Assembly (NCBI GenBank): GCA_963665095.1
Contig: OY762069.1
Coordinates: 3,840,001-3,904,000 of the forward strand
Source of the DNA: an uncultured Desulfobacter sp.
Lineage (GTDB): Bacteria > Desulfobacterota > Desulfobacteria > Desulfobacterales > Desulfobacteraceae
DNA length: 64,000 nt
Direction: 5' to 3'
Made by a program: the position numbers and the translations under genes. The notes below the pieces were generated by a model that made no database searches, was not told the origin of the DNA, and worked only from the letters and a program-made list of their open reading frames with translations. This document shows, piece by piece, positions 61,221-64,000 of this stretch. The first letter of the stretch is position 1. Every line of letters starts with the position of its first letter.

Positions 61221-61801
61221 CCTCCTTGCGGAGTTCCTTTTAGCGGATAAACAAGTGATCCGTCCGGCATTGCGATTGGGGCCTTTAGCCACCGTTCAAC
61301 ATACAAAAGTACCCAGCGACAATCTGTGTGTTTTACTACAGCTCTCATCAAAAGTTCATGACTGATATTGTCAAAAAATCCTTTGACATCAAGATCCAAC
61401 ACCCAGTCATACCGCCAGCATCTTTTGCGTGCTTCCCCCACGGCATCCAGGGCTGACTTGTTTGGCAGATAACCATACGAGTCCGGATGAAAATGATGCT
61501 CTAATAACGGTTCGAGATACTGTTTTACAACCATCTGGGCGACACGATCTCCCACAGTTGGAATACCAAGGGGCCTCATTCGGCCATCCCCTTTTGGTAT
61601 CTCTATACGCGCTACCGGAGGAGGGAAATAACTGCCGGAAGACATCCGGTTCCATATTTTGAAAAGGTTATTGGTAATATCCTTTTCAAAATCAACTATG
61701 GACTGATTATCTATTCCAGCCCCACCACGGTTTGCTTTCACGCATTTGTATGCTTCCCAAACTTGACGCTTTGAGATAATAAACGACTTTACTTTTTTCA
61801 A
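61221..61801 (-). pseudogene. ltrA: Class D (RmInt1-like) group II intron RT, cut by IS3 after PQGG
   Basis: VKANRGGAGID, KIWNRMSSGSYFPPPV, RPLGIPTV, DLDVKGFFDNI, GTPQGG then IS sequence. Confidence 0.9.
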
Positions 61802-62027
61802 CAGAATCCTTCCCTATACGGGTTGTTCTTATGTTAAAAGTTGAACGACGCAACCCCTTCGCTCCAGTCCCATTACAGCACCTTCTTCACTACTACGAGT
61901 TGCTCCGCCCCTGTGCTCCGCTTCGGTACTCTGATCCTTGTGGTGCTTCCACTTGGATTTCTCCCTTAGCATCGGAACGACAGGTTCCCATGTTCCATAA
62001 GAAAGCCTAAGATATGTTCATGCCGCC
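61221..62027 (-). mobile_element. Internal fragment of a class D group II intron abutting domain V of a IIC intron
   Basis: RT ORF plus about 225 nt of upstream non-coding RNA; no GUGYG 5' end visible; joins the IIC domain V in a C-run at about 62026-62031. Confidence 0.75.
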
Positions 62028-62693
62028 CCCCGGCGTACGGATCTCGTACCAAGGCGGTTCGGCTGGTATGAATAGAATCGGTTGTAGGTTATCCCACCGA
62101 TTTTATCGGGCTTTGGGCAAAGTCATGCTATGGAAATTTCGACCACTGCCGCATTATTTCCATAAAATCCTTCTACTTACTCACCACAACCATTTACCCA
62201 AGCCATTCGGCCCGGGTACCGTTCAGGCCTTCATCGGGGTGAGGCCTCCGGGTGTACTTCTCCCATGACAGGGAGGCCCGGCTCGTTTCCTTCCGACTAC
62301 TATGCCCTCTGCTGACTTCTCCCATGCGGTCAGGACCGGTTACCCGGCCCTCAGCCAATCCGGCACATGGGAGATCTCCCGGGGTAAACACATGTCTTTC
62401 GGTACGTGAATGCCGGGTTTACGGACATACCCTGTAATGGATAGAGGACTTTGCCTTGTGTGGCAGGCTCGTCCCGGTATGCGCGCCTTATACCCGATTC
62501 CTGTACGTCATCCCGTACCTTCGTGGTGCCTTGCCTCAGCAAAGCGGCTTCCTCCCGAAGCACCGTCACCGGTACCCCGTTGCACTACCACTACACCCTT
62601 CGCCTCCATCCGGCTGGGTCTAAGACTTGCCAAATGTATTGGAATTCTATACATTTGACTCACTCTTAAGAACATGTGCCGTGCCCGGCACAC
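62028..62693 (-). mobile_element. ORF-less group IIC-attC intron
   Basis: 5' GTGTGCCGGGCACGGCACATG at 62693; 62190-62693 aligns by eye with 58410-58888; only about 130 nt separate it from domain V (GAACCGCCTTGGTACGAGATCCGTACGCCGGG, 62060-62029). Confidence 0.85.
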
Positions 62694-62815
62694 CACAAGC
62701 CGTTGCAGCCGACCCGGGGTTCTAGCGGCTTTTTGAAAGTGCTCGGTTTTCGAAAAAATTTGGCTTTTACAATCTGCTCGGCACAAGCCCCGGGCGGCTG
62801 AACTACACGTTGGCC
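62694..62815 (+). repeat. attC site (long type), R'' interrupted by the intron
   Basis: CAC-aagcc-GTTGCAGCCGACCCGGGG...CCCCGGGCGGCTGAAC-tacac-GTTGGCC. Confidence 0.88.
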
Positions 62816-62829
62816 TCAAAAAATACCAA

Positions 62830-62859
62830 TTGACAAAATGTACACTATGATGCACACTA
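62830..62859 (+). promoter_or_regulatory. Internal promoter/operator of the TA cassette
   Basis: TTGACA-N17-CACACT overlapping direct repeats TGTACACTA / TGCACACTA. Confidence 0.55.
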
Positions 62860-62884
62860 AAGAGCATAAATATGGAGGTGTATC

Positions 62885-63121
62885 ATGAAAACAGTAACAT
62901 TTACCGAATTTCGCAAAAACGCATCAGAATTATTTTCTAACGTTGAACAAGGGGAAGTTTTCGTTGTAATTCGACACGGGAAACCCATTGCAGAGATCTC
63001 ACCAGTTTCAACAAATAGAAACTTACCAGCGTGGAAACAGCCTGCTTTACGACTTTCATCTAAGGGGGCGGAATTATCATCTGCAATTATAGAAGAACGG
63101 GACAATGAAAATATTTTTTGA
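62885..63121 (+). CDS. Phd/YefM-family antitoxin
   Basis: MKTVTFTEFRKNASELFSNVEQGE...IRHGKPIAEI; GGAGG RBS. Confidence 0.92.
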   Translation: MKTVTFTEFRKNASELFSNVEQGEVFVVIRHGKPIAEISPVSTNRNLPAWKQPALRLSSKGAELSSAIIEERDNENIF

Positions 63122-63518
63122 TTCATCAGCTTTTGCAAAACGCTATATTGATGAACCAGGTAGCGATTCGGTTGAGGCTCTATGTCAGAATGCAACCGAA
63201 CTAGCATTATCAGTCATTTGTATTCCTGAAATTATATCAGCTATGAATCGTCGTATTAGAGAAGGCTCAATTTCACAAACTCAATATCGCCAGATAAAAA
63301 CTTGTTTGGCGACAGAAACCGCTGATGTCACAATAATCAATTTATTACCTGAAGTCATTGCGGATGCGATTCAGGTACTTGAAACTAATACTCTAAGAGC
63401 TATGGATGCGTTGCATGTTGCTTGCGCACTGCAATGGAATGCAGATCTTTTTGTTTCATCTGACAATCGCCAATTGAACGCAGCTCACAATGCAAAGCTA
63501 TTAACTGAAAAAGTATAA
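63105..63518 (+). CDS. vapC: VapC-family PIN-domain toxin
   Basis: FFDSSAFAKRYIDE, LRAMDALHVA, FVSSDNRQ; overlaps the antitoxin. Confidence 0.92.
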   Translation: MKIFFDSSAFAKRYIDEPGSDSVEALCQNATELALSVICIPEIISAMNRRIREGSISQTQYRQIKTCLATETADVTIINLLPEVIADAIQVLETNTLRAMDALHVACALQWNADLFVSSDNRQLNAAHNAKLLTEKV

Positions 63519-63525
63519 AAGGCCA

Positions 63526-63564
63526 ATCGGGATAGGACTCCCCATCACTGAGGAGCCCTCCCAG
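63526..63564 (-). mobile_element. 3' end (domain VI) of a third group IIC-attC intron inserted in R'' of the TA cassette attC
   Basis: Minus strand ...TGGGAGGGCTCCTCAGTGATGGGGAGTCCTATCCCGAT|TGGCC; GGCCA matches the cassette start GTTGGCC. Confidence 0.82.
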
Positions 63565-64000
63565 GTGAGTAGCCCAAAGGAACTTCCCCTTCAGGCTCTC
63601 TCAGAACCGGACGTGAATCTCTCGACTCATCCGGCTCCTATCGTTCAGCCGTTTTTTTTTCAGGACACGCCAATGTACAAAAAGGTTCGGCTGTCGTTCA
63701 GCAATCTGTGTCAACCATCTTGTGGCCTTTTGTTGACGTCCCCTGAGTTTCTTATATTTACAGATTGCCCAACGTACTAACCGCCAATTTATATGATGGA
63801 GAATCCCAGACATCTCAGAAGGATTGTACCGCCAGTAATAATTAATCCAGCCTTGAATTATTGGATTACATTCTATAGCCAGATCCTCAAGCGTGTCCCC
63901 TGGCCGTAATTGCCAGTTCCAACTGCGTACTTTCTGTCTGATTGCCTTTGCAGCCTTGTTGCTTATCGCTGGTGTGAAGTTTTCAAAAAATTTTCCTCTG
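63565..64000 (-). mobile_element. ltrA: 3' part of a class D group II intron (maturase C-terminus, domains V and VI) nested in the IIC intron
   Basis: FTPAIS...NPIIQGWINYY...RWAICKYKKL...LFVHW; DV GAGCCGGATGAGTCGAGAGATTCACGTCCGGTTC; ends ...CTACTCAC at 63565. Confidence 0.88.

Larger units (their letters stand above)
52434..64000 (+). mobile_element. Integron gene-cassette array (no intI in window), continuing past the window end
   Basis: Single AT-rich ORFs on + separated by imperfect hairpins ending in GTT-core boxes; cassette starts and ends complementary (GTTAGGC 58929 / GCCTAAC 59586; GTTGGCC 62809 / GGCCA 63521). Confidence 0.9.

Noticed and set aside
55279..62815. Repeated palindromic elements as a CRISPR array or REP/terminator family
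   Set aside because: They are separated by whole genes, vary in length, end in GTT core boxes, and no cas genes are present; attC explains them.
62014..62867. Several short ORF-track calls over the second IIC intron (also 58632-58901)
   Set aside because: They overlap structured intron RNA and attC; chance ORFs.
57765..64000. RT ORFs as retron, DGR or defence-associated RTs
   Set aside because: All lie within recognisable group II intron RNA ends and have class C or D intron-protein motifs.

Overview
A 64-kb chromosomal window from an anaerobic deltaproteobacterium; gene content suggests a Desulfobacter-like Desulfobacteraceae member (inference, no marker gene present). Positions 1-52,060 are mostly housekeeping and metabolic genes: dusB, queF, era, engB, hisG/hisI, PBP1A, a PHP-RNase III fusion, dksA, a beta-oxidation pair, PBP1B with a TPR lipoprotein, an amino-acid ABC transporter and surE. 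Accessory pieces there include two divergent small ORFs that each have an in-frame UGA followed by a SECIS-like hairpin (candidate selenoproteins; the ORF track misses one and truncates the other), a LuxR solo with a perfect lux-box-like palindrome before a GLUG-repeat surface protein, a sugar-type ABC transporter cotranscribed with a methyltransferase-corrinoid fusion, a double-cubane-type reductase and an intact IS4. From about 52,370 to the end lies an integron cassette array with an attI-like site, at least 8 attC or attC-remnant sites and no intI in the window. Cassettes include a stand-alone dGTPase, a Phd/VapC toxin-antitoxin pair and unknown membrane proteins. The array is heavily parasitised at its attC R'' boxes by an IS91-like HUH transposase plus tyrosine recombinase element carrying its own attC-like hairpin, by three group IIC-attC introns (one truncated, one ORF-less, one with only its 3' end visible), and by class D group II introns nested in the IIC introns; an IS3 has also caused a deletion. 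All calls come from reading the sequence and recognising motifs; no searches or folding programs were run.
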